Of a DNA stretch of 42,251 nucleotides, positions 7,740 to 14,719 are shown in pieces. Each line of letters begins with the position of its first letter. The first letter of the stretch is position 1. The DNA is taken from positions 1 through 42,251 of the forward strand of contig DATBXC010000097.1 in assembly GCA_036514455.1 (NCBI GenBank), read 5' to 3'. A model generated the notes under the pieces. The model did no database searches. It had not been told where the DNA came from and saw only the letters and a program-made list of their open reading frames with translations. The DNA comes from Thermoplasmata archaeon. GTDB lineage: Archaea; Thermoplasmatota; Thermoplasmata; RBG-16-68-12. The position numbers and the translations under genes are program-made.

Positions 7740-8452
7740 CACACCACCTTCTCCTCGGCGAGGACGTTCAGGCCCGTCGCGGTGATGTGGAAGGGATGCT
7801 TCGCCGTGTCGTGCCTCGTGAACCGCATCTTCCGGACCGTCAGGGTCCGGCGGAGTTCGCCGTGCACCTCCTCGAGCCCGAGGTGGATGAACGAGTCGCA
7901 CAGGAACTGCTCGACCCCGTAGCGGGTGAGGGCCTGGCCCTCCGGGGCCTCCGCGACGAGGAGGGTCGTCACGTCCTGCTCCCGCAGGAACCGCGCGAAC
8001 GCGAACAGCCGCTCCCGGAACTCCTCGACGCTCCGGTAGTGGAGGCCGACCGCGGACAGGGAGTCGATCACGAGGCGCCGGACCCCCGCCGCCTTCAGGG
8101 AGGACGCGAGGAACTCCTGGAGCTCGCGGAACCCGACGATGGACCCCTCCGGGCCCGCCACCCGGAGCTCCCCGAGGTCGATCAGGAGGAACCGGCCGGA
8201 CCGCTCGAGGCCCCGGCCGTCGATCCCGAAGTTCTTCATCACCCGCTCGACGCTCGCCTTCGTCTCCTCGAGGACGACGTACATCGAGGGCTCGCCGAAG
8301 CGGCCCGCGCCGTTCGCGATGAAGTGGAGCGCGAAGAGGCTCTTCCCGCTGCCCGCGGGGCCGGAGACGAGGTTCACGGTGCGGGACGGGAGCCCGCCCT
8401 GGACGAGGGAGTCGAAGCCGTCGATGCCGGTCGGCACGCGGTCCACGGTCAC
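7739..8452 (-). CDS. Stand-alone single-domain KaiC/RadA-like (RecA-superfamily) ATPase, motifs intact
   Basis: This is the 3' part of track ORF 7739..9229. It starts at the GTG at 8452, which overlaps the upstream TGA (GTGA). The sequence is VTVDRVPTGIDGFDSLVQGGLPSRTVNLVSGPAGSGKSLFALHF (Walker A), VVLEET (catalytic Glu pair) and RRLVIDSLSAV (Walker B). 237 aa. Confidence 0.85.
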   Translation of the reverse strand: MTVDRVPTGIDGFDSLVQGGLPSRTVNLVSGPAGSGKSLFALHFIANGAGRFGEPSMYVVLEETKASVERVMKNFGIDGRGLERSGRFLLIDLGELRVAGPEGSIVGFRELQEFLASSLKAAGVRRLVIDSLSAVGLHYRSVEEFRERLFAFARFLREQDVTTLLVAEAPEGQALTRYGVEQFLCDSFIHLGLEEVHGELRRTLTVRKMRFTRHDTAKHPFHITATGLNVLAEEKVV

Positions 8453-9090
8453 CCCTCCAGCGCGGCGCGGAGGGCGTAGCGGGCGACGAGGTCCTCGCGC
8501 CCCTTCTGGGCCTCCTCCAGCGCGCCCGCCAGGATTCGACGGGCCGTCGTCCCTCCGAGGGCCTCGCCCGCGACCGCGAGGAAGTCCCCGTGGACCTCCC
8601 GGAACAGGGCCTTCAGCTGGTCCATCCCGCGGGCCCCGCCGCCGTCCAGGATCCGGGTGAACAGGTTCTCCTTCAGCCCGACGCGATTCCCCTCCAGGCG
8701 GGCCTTCAGGCGGTCCTCGATCCCCGGCCAGCCGAGCCGGTGGGCCTTCGCGAGGACGCCGGAGACGTAGTCCAGGTAGAAGCCGAGGGCCTCCCGCAGG
8801 GGCTCGGGCCCCGCCACGAACTCGAGGTCCAGGGTGATGCGGTGGCTCGCGAGCCGGTACTCGTACGCGCCCCGCGTCCGGGACTTCCGGAGCCGGCGCT
8901 CGAGGAACCCGAGGTCGTGCATCCCGCCCAGGAACTTCGAGGCGGTCGTCGTGTGGATCCGGAGGGCCCGGGAGACCTCCGTCGCAATCCGCCACTCGCC
9001 GGCGGACAGGTACCGGAGGATCGGGAGGCTGTGCTGCCCGCTCAGCAGGGCAACCGCCTCCGAGAACGCGTGCTCGTCGATTGAATCCAC
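8449..9090 (-). CDS. Winged-helix (ArsR/TrmB-like) DNA-binding protein with a helical C-terminal domain of about 130 aa
   Basis: 213 aa, GTG start at 9090. SLPILRYLSAGEWRIATEVSRALRIHTTTASKFLGGMHDLGFLERR is a typical wHTH. It is the first gene of the coupled three-gene module. Confidence 0.7.
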   Translation of the reverse strand: MDSIDEHAFSEAVALLSGQHSLPILRYLSAGEWRIATEVSRALRIHTTTASKFLGGMHDLGFLERRLRKSRTRGAYEYRLASHRITLDLEFVAGPEPLREALGFYLDYVSGVLAKAHRLGWPGIEDRLKARLEGNRVGLKENLFTRILDGGGARGMDQLKALFREVHGDFLAVAGEALGGTTARRILAGALEEAQKGREDLVARYALRAALEG

Positions 9091-9234
9091 CCCGGTCTAC
9101 CGCCCCTAGAGTTTCGTCGCGGGTACTCCACCAGGCTTGGAGTAGGGGGGTTAAGACCCCTCGCCGCCGAATTTCACCCCGGATAATCGACAACGGATTG
9201 TCCCAGTCCGCGGCCGTGGCGGGTCGCAAGGTTC

Positions 9235-9441
9235 ATGCCCGAGGGAGGGGCATGGGCCGCCGTGGCGGCGGGCGACGCGGGGCGGTTCTACGAGGTCCAG
9301 TGCCGCGGCCCGTCCCGGTGCGGGACGTTCGTGTCCGTGCGCCGACTCGAGGCGTGCCCGAAGTGCGGGTCGAGGAAGATCGCGGCGCGGGCCGCGGAGC
9401 CTCTGCGGGCCCCGCCCGCGTCCGGGGACGCGAAGGGTTAA
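9235..9441 (+). CDS. Small hypothetical zinc-ribbon-like protein
   Basis: 68 aa with an ATG start and high GC3. It has a C-x6-C ... CPKC cysteine pattern (YEVQCRGPSRCGTFVSVRRLEACPKCGS). I recognise no family. Confidence 0.4.
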   Translation: MPEGGAWAAVAAGDAGRFYEVQCRGPSRCGTFVSVRRLEACPKCGSRKIAARAAEPLRAPPASGDAKG

Positions 9442-9527
9442 GGCCGGCAAGGGCTTACCATAGTTGTTAACCTGAGGTTACCTATTTGGGACGGACCCCG
9501 GCGGCGCGCAGGCAGGATTGGCCGGAG

Positions 9528-10202
9528 ATGGCCGCGGCGACGCTCGACGAGATGCTCCGGGTCCTCGAGAACCCGACCCGGCGGCGGATCCTGGAGCGGC
9601 TCTCCCGCGAGAGCCACTACCCCCTCCAGCTCTCGAAGGAGCTCGGGGTGAGCCAGCAGGCCGTCGTGAAGCACCTGCGGACGCTCCAGGGCGCGGGCCT
9701 CGTCTCCTCGACGGAGGAGAAGAGCGACCTCGGCGGCCCCGCCCGCCGCGCGTTCTCCGCGAGCCAGCGTGTCACGGTCCAGATCGACGTGGGGCCGAGC
9801 CTGTTCCGAGCGGAGATGCGCCCCCTCGCGGAGGAGGGCGGGAAGGTCGAGGGGTTCGCGTGGGCCCAGGAGGCCCTCGAGCGGGCGCGGTCGGACAAGG
9901 ACCGCCGGCGGCGGGTGCGCACCCTCGCGGAGACGGTCCAGCGACTGAACCGCGAGGTCGAGTCGCTCGACGCGCGGCGGTCGTACATCCTTGGGCTCAA
10001 GGAGGCGTGTCTGCGGGAGGTCCACCAGAGCGTCGAGGACGTCCTAGGGGACTACGACGAGCGGCAGGTCCTGTACTGCGTGCTGGAGGAGGGCGGGCGG
10101 CCGCTCGACGACATCGCGGAACGCCTGGACCTCCGGGAGAAGGTCGTCCAGGACCTCCTCCGGCGGATCGAGCGGGAGTTCCTGTTGGAATGGGGGAGGT
10201 AG
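9528..10202 (+). CDS. ArsR-family wHTH transcriptional regulator with a coiled-coil C-terminal extension
   Basis: Track ORF 9486..10202 begins at a TTG. I prefer the in-frame ATG at 9528 ([59 protein letters not shown]), a canonical ArsR HTH_20 signature. It ends 4 nt before rpoK. Confidence 0.75.
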   Translation: MAAATLDEMLRVLENPTRRRILERLSRESHYPLQLSKELGVSQQAVVKHLRTLQGAGLVSSTEEKSDLGGPARRAFSASQRVTVQIDVGPSLFRAEMRPLAEEGGKVEGFAWAQEALERARSDKDRRRRVRTLAETVQRLNREVESLDARRSYILGLKEACLREVHQSVEDVLGDYDERQVLYCVLEEGGRPLDDIAERLDLREKVVQDLLRRIEREFLLEWGR

Positions 10203-10206
10203 CGGG

Positions 10207-10407
10207 ATGAAGTACACGCGGTTCGAGCGGGCGAGGATCATCGGGGCGAGGGCCCTCCAGATCGCGATGGGCGCGCCGATCCTGCTGGACGTGCCGAGGG
10301 GCCTCGTGGACCCGATCGAGATCGCGACCCTGGAGTTCGCGCGGGCCGTAATCCCGATCACGGTGAAGCGGGAGCTCGAGGCGTCCCCCGACGTATCTCG
10401 ACGGTGA
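10207..10407 (+). CDS. rpoK: DNA-directed RNA polymerase subunit K (Rpo6)
   Basis: 66 aa. [44 protein letters not shown] is the conserved Rpo6/omega-like core. Confidence 0.9.
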   Translation: MKYTRFERARIIGARALQIAMGAPILLDVPRGLVDPIEIATLEFARAVIPITVKRELEASPDVSRR

Positions 10408-10990
10408 GCACGCCCGTCTTGAGGCCCCGGACCTCCTTGTTCGTGAGCGGCCGGACCTCCGCCGCGTCGTGGAGGATCGCGCTGTTCCCGAAGGGGTCGT
10501 CGAGGATGATCGTGAACGGCGCCTCGCCCCCGATCATCCGGTCGAGGGTCGCCCGGGAGGCCTCGGCCCGGCGCCGCGCGGCGGGCGAGTCCGCGTTGCG
10601 GGCCAGGAACCCGAGGATGTCGCGGAAGCGGTGGAGGACGCCCTCCGCGTTCGAGATGAACCCCTCGCTCCGCGGCCCCGGCTCGAGGAGCCCGCCGATC
10701 TCGGGGATCCGGATCGTGCCCGAGCTCGAGCGGACGACCCGCGCGGAGAGGTCCGAGGGCCGCGCGACCCGGAGCGCGTGGCGGGTCGGGGGCCCCTCCC
10801 TCGCGAGGAGCACGTCCGCGTGTCGGAACCCGCACGCCTCGCAGAGCACGGTCGTCTGGAGCGCCTCCCCGAAGTACGGGATGTCCATCGAGAGGGACCG
10901 CATTCGGAGGTTCGCCGCCCCGCACATCGGGCACGGCGCGTGGAGGGCGACGTCCCGCACGGGGGACGCGGGGTCCGCAGGACCGGGCAT
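10358..10990 (-). CDS. ZPR1-type zinc-finger protein
   Basis: Track ORF 10358..11056 trimmed to the ATG at 10990. [36 protein letters not shown] is the ZPR1 zinc-finger signature, followed by the ZPR1 beta-domain ([15 protein letters not shown]...[12 protein letters not shown]). The 3' end overlaps rpoK convergently by 50 nt. Confidence 0.8.
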   Translation of the reverse strand: MPGPADPASPVRDVALHAPCPMCGAANLRMRSLSMDIPYFGEALQTTVLCEACGFRHADVLLAREGPPTRHALRVARPSDLSARVVRSSSGTIRIPEIGGLLEPGPRSEGFISNAEGVLHRFRDILGFLARNADSPAARRRAEASRATLDRMIGGEAPFTIILDDPFGNSAILHDAAEVRPLTNKEVRGLKTGVLTVEIRRGTPRAPASP

Positions 10991-11014
10991 CGGGCCGCGA
11001 AAGGATGCCCGCGC

Positions 11015-11109
11015 GGTATAATCCTTGACCCCGCGCCGGCCCCGACGAAGGTTCAAATATCAGTTATGCATCCAGAGTATACAACTAACAGTTCACTACT
11101 TGGAGGTGA
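11015..11109. promoter_or_regulatory. Divergent promoter region between the ZPR1-type gene and cdc48
   Basis: On the minus strand, ggtataatcc at 11015-11024 lies 25-34 nt upstream of the ATG at 10990. On the plus strand, ttcaaatatc lies at 11052-11061 and gtataca at 11077-11083. An SD-like ggaggtga at 11102-11109 precedes the cdc48 ATG at 11115. Confidence 0.4.
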
Positions 11110-11114
11110 GGACA

Positions 11115-13307
11115 ATGCGCGAGGACGAGAAGTTCCTGCGGGTCCTGGAGGCGAAGCCGGGCGACGTGGGCCGGGGCGTGGTCCGGGTCGACCCGGAGCT
11201 GATGGGCCCGCTGCACGTCCAGGCGGGCGGACCGGTGATCGTGGAGGGACGCCGGAAGACGGCCGCGGTCCTCGCCCCCGGGTATCCGGAGGACGCGAAC
11301 CGCGGGGTGATCCGCCTCGACGGCATCCAGAGGCGCAACGCGCAGATCGGCCTCGACGAGAAGGCCGGGATCCGCGTGGTCACGCCGAAGCCCGCCGCGA
11401 AGCTGACCCTCGCCCCCCTCGAGCCCGTGAGGATCATGGGCGGGGAGGAGTATCTCGCGCAGGCCCTCGACGGCCGCCTCGCGGCCCGGGGCGACGTGCT
11501 GTCCGTGCCCGTGATGGGCCGGCGGTTCGAGTTCCTCGTACAGTCCTACGCGCCCTCCGCGGAGGCGGTCGAGATCACGGCGTTCACGAAGCTGAAGATC
11601 GCGGAGCGGCCCGCCAAGGAGGGGGAGGCGAAAATCCCCCGCGTGAGCTACGAGGACATCGGCGGCCTCGGGGACGAGGTCGCGAAGGTGCGGGAGATGA
11701 TTGAGCTCCCGCTCCGCCACCCGGAGCTGTTCGACCGCCTCGGGGTGGAGGCGCCGAAGGGCGTCCTGCTCCACGGCCCGCCCGGGACCGGGAAGACGCT
11801 CCTTGCGAAGGCCGTGGCCTCGGAGACGAACGCGAACTTCCACGCGATCTCGGGCCCGGAGATCATGTCGAAGTTCTACGGGCAGAGCGAGGAGAACCTG
11901 CGGGAGATCTTCACGCAGGCCCAGGAGAACGCCCCGAGCATCATCTTCATCGACGAGATCGACTCGATCGCGCCGAAGCGGGACGAGGTGACGGGCGAGG
12001 TCGAGCGGCGGGTCGTCGCGCAGCTCCTCTCCCTGATGGACGGCCTGCAGGCCCGCGGGAAGGTCGTCGTGATCGGCGCGACGAACCGGCCGAACTCCCT
12101 GGACCCCGCGATCCGGCGGCCGGGCCGGTTCGACCGGGAGATCGAGATCGGGATCCCGGACCGGGACGGCCGGCTCGAGGTCCTCCAGGTCCACGCGCGG
12201 AACGTGCCCCTCGCGAAGGACGTCGACCTCAAGGAGCTCGCCGGGATCACGCACGGGTACGTCGGCGCGGACCTCGCGGCCCTCGTGAAGGAGGCCGCGA
12301 TGCGCTCGCTGCGGCGGGCCCTGCCGAGCATCGACCTCGAGGTCGACGAGATCCCCGTCGAGGTCCTGCGGAGGCTCGAGGTCACGCGGGAGGACTTCCT
12401 CCAGGCGTTCCGGGAGATGGAGCCCTCGACGCTCCGGGAGGTGCTGATCGAGCGGCCGAGCGTCCACTGGGACGAGATCGGCGGGCTCGAGGACGCGAAG
12501 CAGGAGCTCCGGGAGGCGGTGGAGTGGCCCCTGAAGTACGCGAAGCTCTTCACGCACGCGGGCGCGAAGGCCCCGAAGGGCGTGCTCCTGTACGGCCCGC
12601 CCGGGACCGGGAAGACGCTCCTCGCGAAGGCCGTCGCCACGGAGGCGGAGGCGAACTTCATCTCCGTCAAGGGGCCGGAGTTCCTGAGCAAGTGGGTCGG
12701 GGAGAGCGAGCGCGCGGTGCGGGAGACCTTCCGGAAGGCGAAGGCCGCCGCGCCGTGCATCGTGTTCTTCGACGAGGTCGACGCGGTCACCCCGCAGCGC
12801 GGGATGGGCGCGGACAGCCACGTCACGGAGCGGGTGATTTCCCAGGTCCTCACGGAGATGGACGGCCTCGAGGAGCTCCACAACGTCACGGTCGTGGCGG
12901 CGACGAACCGTCCGGACATGGTCGACCCCGCCTTGCTCCGGCCGGGCCGGTTCGACCGGCTCGTGTACATCCCGCCCCCGGACCTCGAGGCCCGGAGGTC
13001 GATCGTCGCGATCCACGCGAAGGGGAAGCCCCTCGCGCCCGAGGTGGACCTGGACGACATCGCGAAGCGGACGGAGGACTACACGGGCGCGGAGATCGCC
13101 GCGGTGTGCAACGAGGCCTCGATGCTCGCGATCCGGGACTTCGTCGCGGCGGGAGGTCCGCTCGAGGACAAGTACGTGAAGAAGCTGGCCCTGAAGCGGG
13201 ACCACTTCGACCGGGCCCTCGCGAAGATCCGCCCGCGGTCGAAGGGCGCGCTGCAGCGGCACCAGGACCTCTCGACGCGGTTCCGGGACGGGATGGAGGT
13301 CGCGTAG
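11115..13307 (+). CDS. cdc48: CDC48/VCP-type AAA+ ATPase (two AAA domains)
   Basis: Track ORF 11025..13307 trimmed to the ATG at 11115 (MREDEKFLRVLEAKPGDVGRGVVRVDPELM, the CDC48 N-domain). Two Walker A motifs (both [14 protein letters not shown]) and two Walker B motifs (IIFIDEIDS and IVFFDEVDA) are present. 730 aa. Confidence 0.95.
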   Translation: MREDEKFLRVLEAKPGDVGRGVVRVDPELMGPLHVQAGGPVIVEGRRKTAAVLAPGYPEDANRGVIRLDGIQRRNAQIGLDEKAGIRVVTPKPAAKLTLAPLEPVRIMGGEEYLAQALDGRLAARGDVLSVPVMGRRFEFLVQSYAPSAEAVEITAFTKLKIAERPAKEGEAKIPRVSYEDIGGLGDEVAKVREMIELPLRHPELFDRLGVEAPKGVLLHGPPGTGKTLLAKAVASETNANFHAISGPEIMSKFYGQSEENLREIFTQAQENAPSIIFIDEIDSIAPKRDEVTGEVERRVVAQLLSLMDGLQARGKVVVIGATNRPNSLDPAIRRPGRFDREIEIGIPDRDGRLEVLQVHARNVPLAKDVDLKELAGITHGYVGADLAALVKEAAMRSLRRALPSIDLEVDEIPVEVLRRLEVTREDFLQAFREMEPSTLREVLIERPSVHWDEIGGLEDAKQELREAVEWPLKYAKLFTHAGAKAPKGVLLYGPPGTGKTLLAKAVATEAEANFISVKGPEFLSKWVGESERAVRETFRKAKAAAPCIVFFDEVDAVTPQRGMGADSHVTERVISQVLTEMDGLEELHNVTVVAATNRPDMVDPALLRPGRFDRLVYIPPPDLEARRSIVAIHAKGKPLAPEVDLDDIAKRTEDYTGAEIAAVCNEASMLAIRDFVAAGGPLEDKYVKKLALKRDHFDRALAKIRPRSKGALQRHQDLSTRFRDGMEVA

Positions 13308-13370
13308 GACGGTCGGGCCCCACAGGGACCGGCGCGAGTCCATCGCGGTCGGGCCCCACACGGGGCCCGA

Positions 13371-13392
13371 GTTGGTCTTGTTCAAGACCAAC
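13371..13392. repeat. Perfect palindrome GTTGGTCTTG-TT-CAAGACCAAC (copy 1), between convergent cdc48 and the small ORF
   Basis: Read directly: 10-bp arms with a 2-nt centre. It is near-identical to the palindrome at 13652-13679. Confidence 0.9.
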
Positions 13393-13403
13393 CGGGCGCA
13401 CTA

Positions 13404-13640
13404 TCAACGCGGGGTGGCCGCGACCGAGACCTTCCGCGCCCGCCTCCGGAACTCCTCCAACGCCTTCCCCTGGAACCGGTCCATCAGGGCCTTCACCCGC
13501 CCCTCCGTGGCGGGATCGGCCCGCGGTCCGACGTACTCGAACACTTGGACCCGCCGTCCGCCCCGGTCCTCGTAGTGCCACGCGTCCACGTACGCCTTTC
13601 CCTTGAGTTCCTTCACCCGCACGCCGTAGCCGAGTCGCAT
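13404..13640 (-). CDS. Small hypothetical protein (78 aa), bracketed by the two palindrome copies
   Basis: ATG start at 13640 and high GC3. The sequence begins MRLGYGVRVKELKGKAYVDAWHYEDRGGRRVQVFEYVGPRADP. This Y-x-W-x-Y ... Y-V-G-P hairpin-like pattern is one I recall from N-termini of some archaeal integrase or DNA-binding proteins. A helical KR-rich tail follows. No family is assigned. Confidence 0.5.
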   Translation of the reverse strand: MRLGYGVRVKELKGKAYVDAWHYEDRGGRRVQVFEYVGPRADPATEGRVKALMDRFQGKALEEFRRRARKVSVAATPR

Positions 13641-13651
13641 GGCCGGGGGAA

Positions 13652-13679
13652 GGAGTTGGTCTTATTTAAGACCAACTCC
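13652..13679. promoter_or_regulatory. Perfect palindrome GGAGTTGGTCTTA-TT-TAAGACCAACTCC (copy 2) containing a symmetric TATA-like core
   Basis: Read directly: 13-bp arms. The core cttatttaag at 13661-13670 lies 21-30 nt upstream of the small-ORF ATG (13640), which is a leaderless geometry. It sits in the divergent intergenic region shared with mvk. Confidence 0.6.
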
Positions 13680-13772
13680 CCGGGGTGGCCGAACGGGCCG
13701 CGCGCCGCCCACGACCCACGGCCTCCCGCCCGGGGAGAACCCTTAAGCCGCTCCCGCCGGTTCCGCGGCCCG

Positions 13773-14699
13773 ATGGCCCGGGCCTCCGCCCCCGGCAAGC
13801 TGATCCTGTTCGGCGAGCACGCGGTCGTCTTCGGCGAGCCCGCCCTCGCGACCGCGATCGACCTCCGGACGGAGGTGTACGCGCGGTTCCACGACGAGTG
13901 GCTCGTGGACGGCGCGTCCCTCCGGGACACGAAGTACGCGTACGTGCGGCGGGCCGTGGAGGCGAACTGGGACGGGCCCCCGCTGTGGCTCGAGATCCGC
14001 TCGATGATCCCCCTGGGCTGCGGCCTCGGCTCCTCCGCGGCGGTCACCGTCGCGACCCTCGGGGCCCTCGGCGCGCTGAAGGGGCGTGCGGACCCGGAGG
14101 CGATTGCCCGCGCCGCGTTCGACGTCGAGCACGAGGTCCAGGGCCGCGCGAGCCCGATCGACACGAGCACGGCGACCCACGGCGCGGCGGTGCTCATCCG
14201 CAAGTCGCCGGGAGACGGCCTCCTCTGGGGGATCGAGCGGGGCGAGCGCCGGTGGTTCCTCCACCACTGCTCCCTCCCCGCCGCGCGGTTCGTCGTCGGG
14301 AACACGGGCCTCGCCGCCGCGACGGGCCCGCTCGTGGCGGGCGTGAAGGCGCTCGTGGAGCGGGACCCGGGGGCGGCCGAGGCGGTGCGGGAGATCGGCA
14401 CGATCACCCTCGACGGGCTCCGGGCCCTCCAGGCGGGCGACCTCGTGCGCGCGGGGGCGCTGATGGACCGGAACCACGCCCTCCTGAACCGCCTCGGCGT
14501 GGGCCACCCGCTCCTCGACAAGCTCGTCGCGGCCGCGCGGCCCCACGGGTACGGCGCGAAGCTCACCGGGGCGGGCGGGGGCGGCAGCATGGTCGCGCTC
14601 ACGGACGAGCCCGACCGGGTGCGGGCCGCGATCGAGTCGGCGGGCGGGAAGGCGTACGTCGTGGAGACGGAGCCCCGGGGCCTGGAGGCGTCCCCGTGA
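13773..14699 (+). CDS. mvk: Mevalonate kinase
   Basis: Track ORF 13545..14699 trimmed to the ATG at 13773. MARASAPGKLILFGEHAVVFGEPALATAID is the GHMP N-terminal motif, LGCGLGSSAAVTVA is the GHMP ATP-binding motif and KLTGAGGGGSMVAL is the C-terminal motif. Confidence 0.9.
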   Translation: MARASAPGKLILFGEHAVVFGEPALATAIDLRTEVYARFHDEWLVDGASLRDTKYAYVRRAVEANWDGPPLWLEIRSMIPLGCGLGSSAAVTVATLGALGALKGRADPEAIARAAFDVEHEVQGRASPIDTSTATHGAAVLIRKSPGDGLLWGIERGERRWFLHHCSLPAARFVVGNTGLAAATGPLVAGVKALVERDPGAAEAVREIGTITLDGLRALQAGDLVRAGALMDRNHALLNRLGVGHPLLDKLVAAARPHGYGAKLTGAGGGGSMVALTDEPDRVRAAIESAGGKAYVVETEPRGLEASP

Positions 14700-14719
14700 T
14701 CCGGCGGCCCCACAAGGTG

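Noticed and set aside
8453-9229. 5' extension of track ORF 7739..9229 (an extra 259 aa upstream of the KaiC-like domain)
   Set aside because: The extension is an off-frame read through the wHTH gene (8449..9090) and is Arg/Pro/Gly-rich. The KaiC-like homology begins exactly at the GTG that overlaps the wHTH stop.
11085-13391. 768-aa ORF antisense to cdc48
   Set aside because: It overlaps an unambiguous CDC48 gene on the other strand. Its composition is heavily skewed to Arg, Leu, Pro, Asp and Glu, and it has no motifs.
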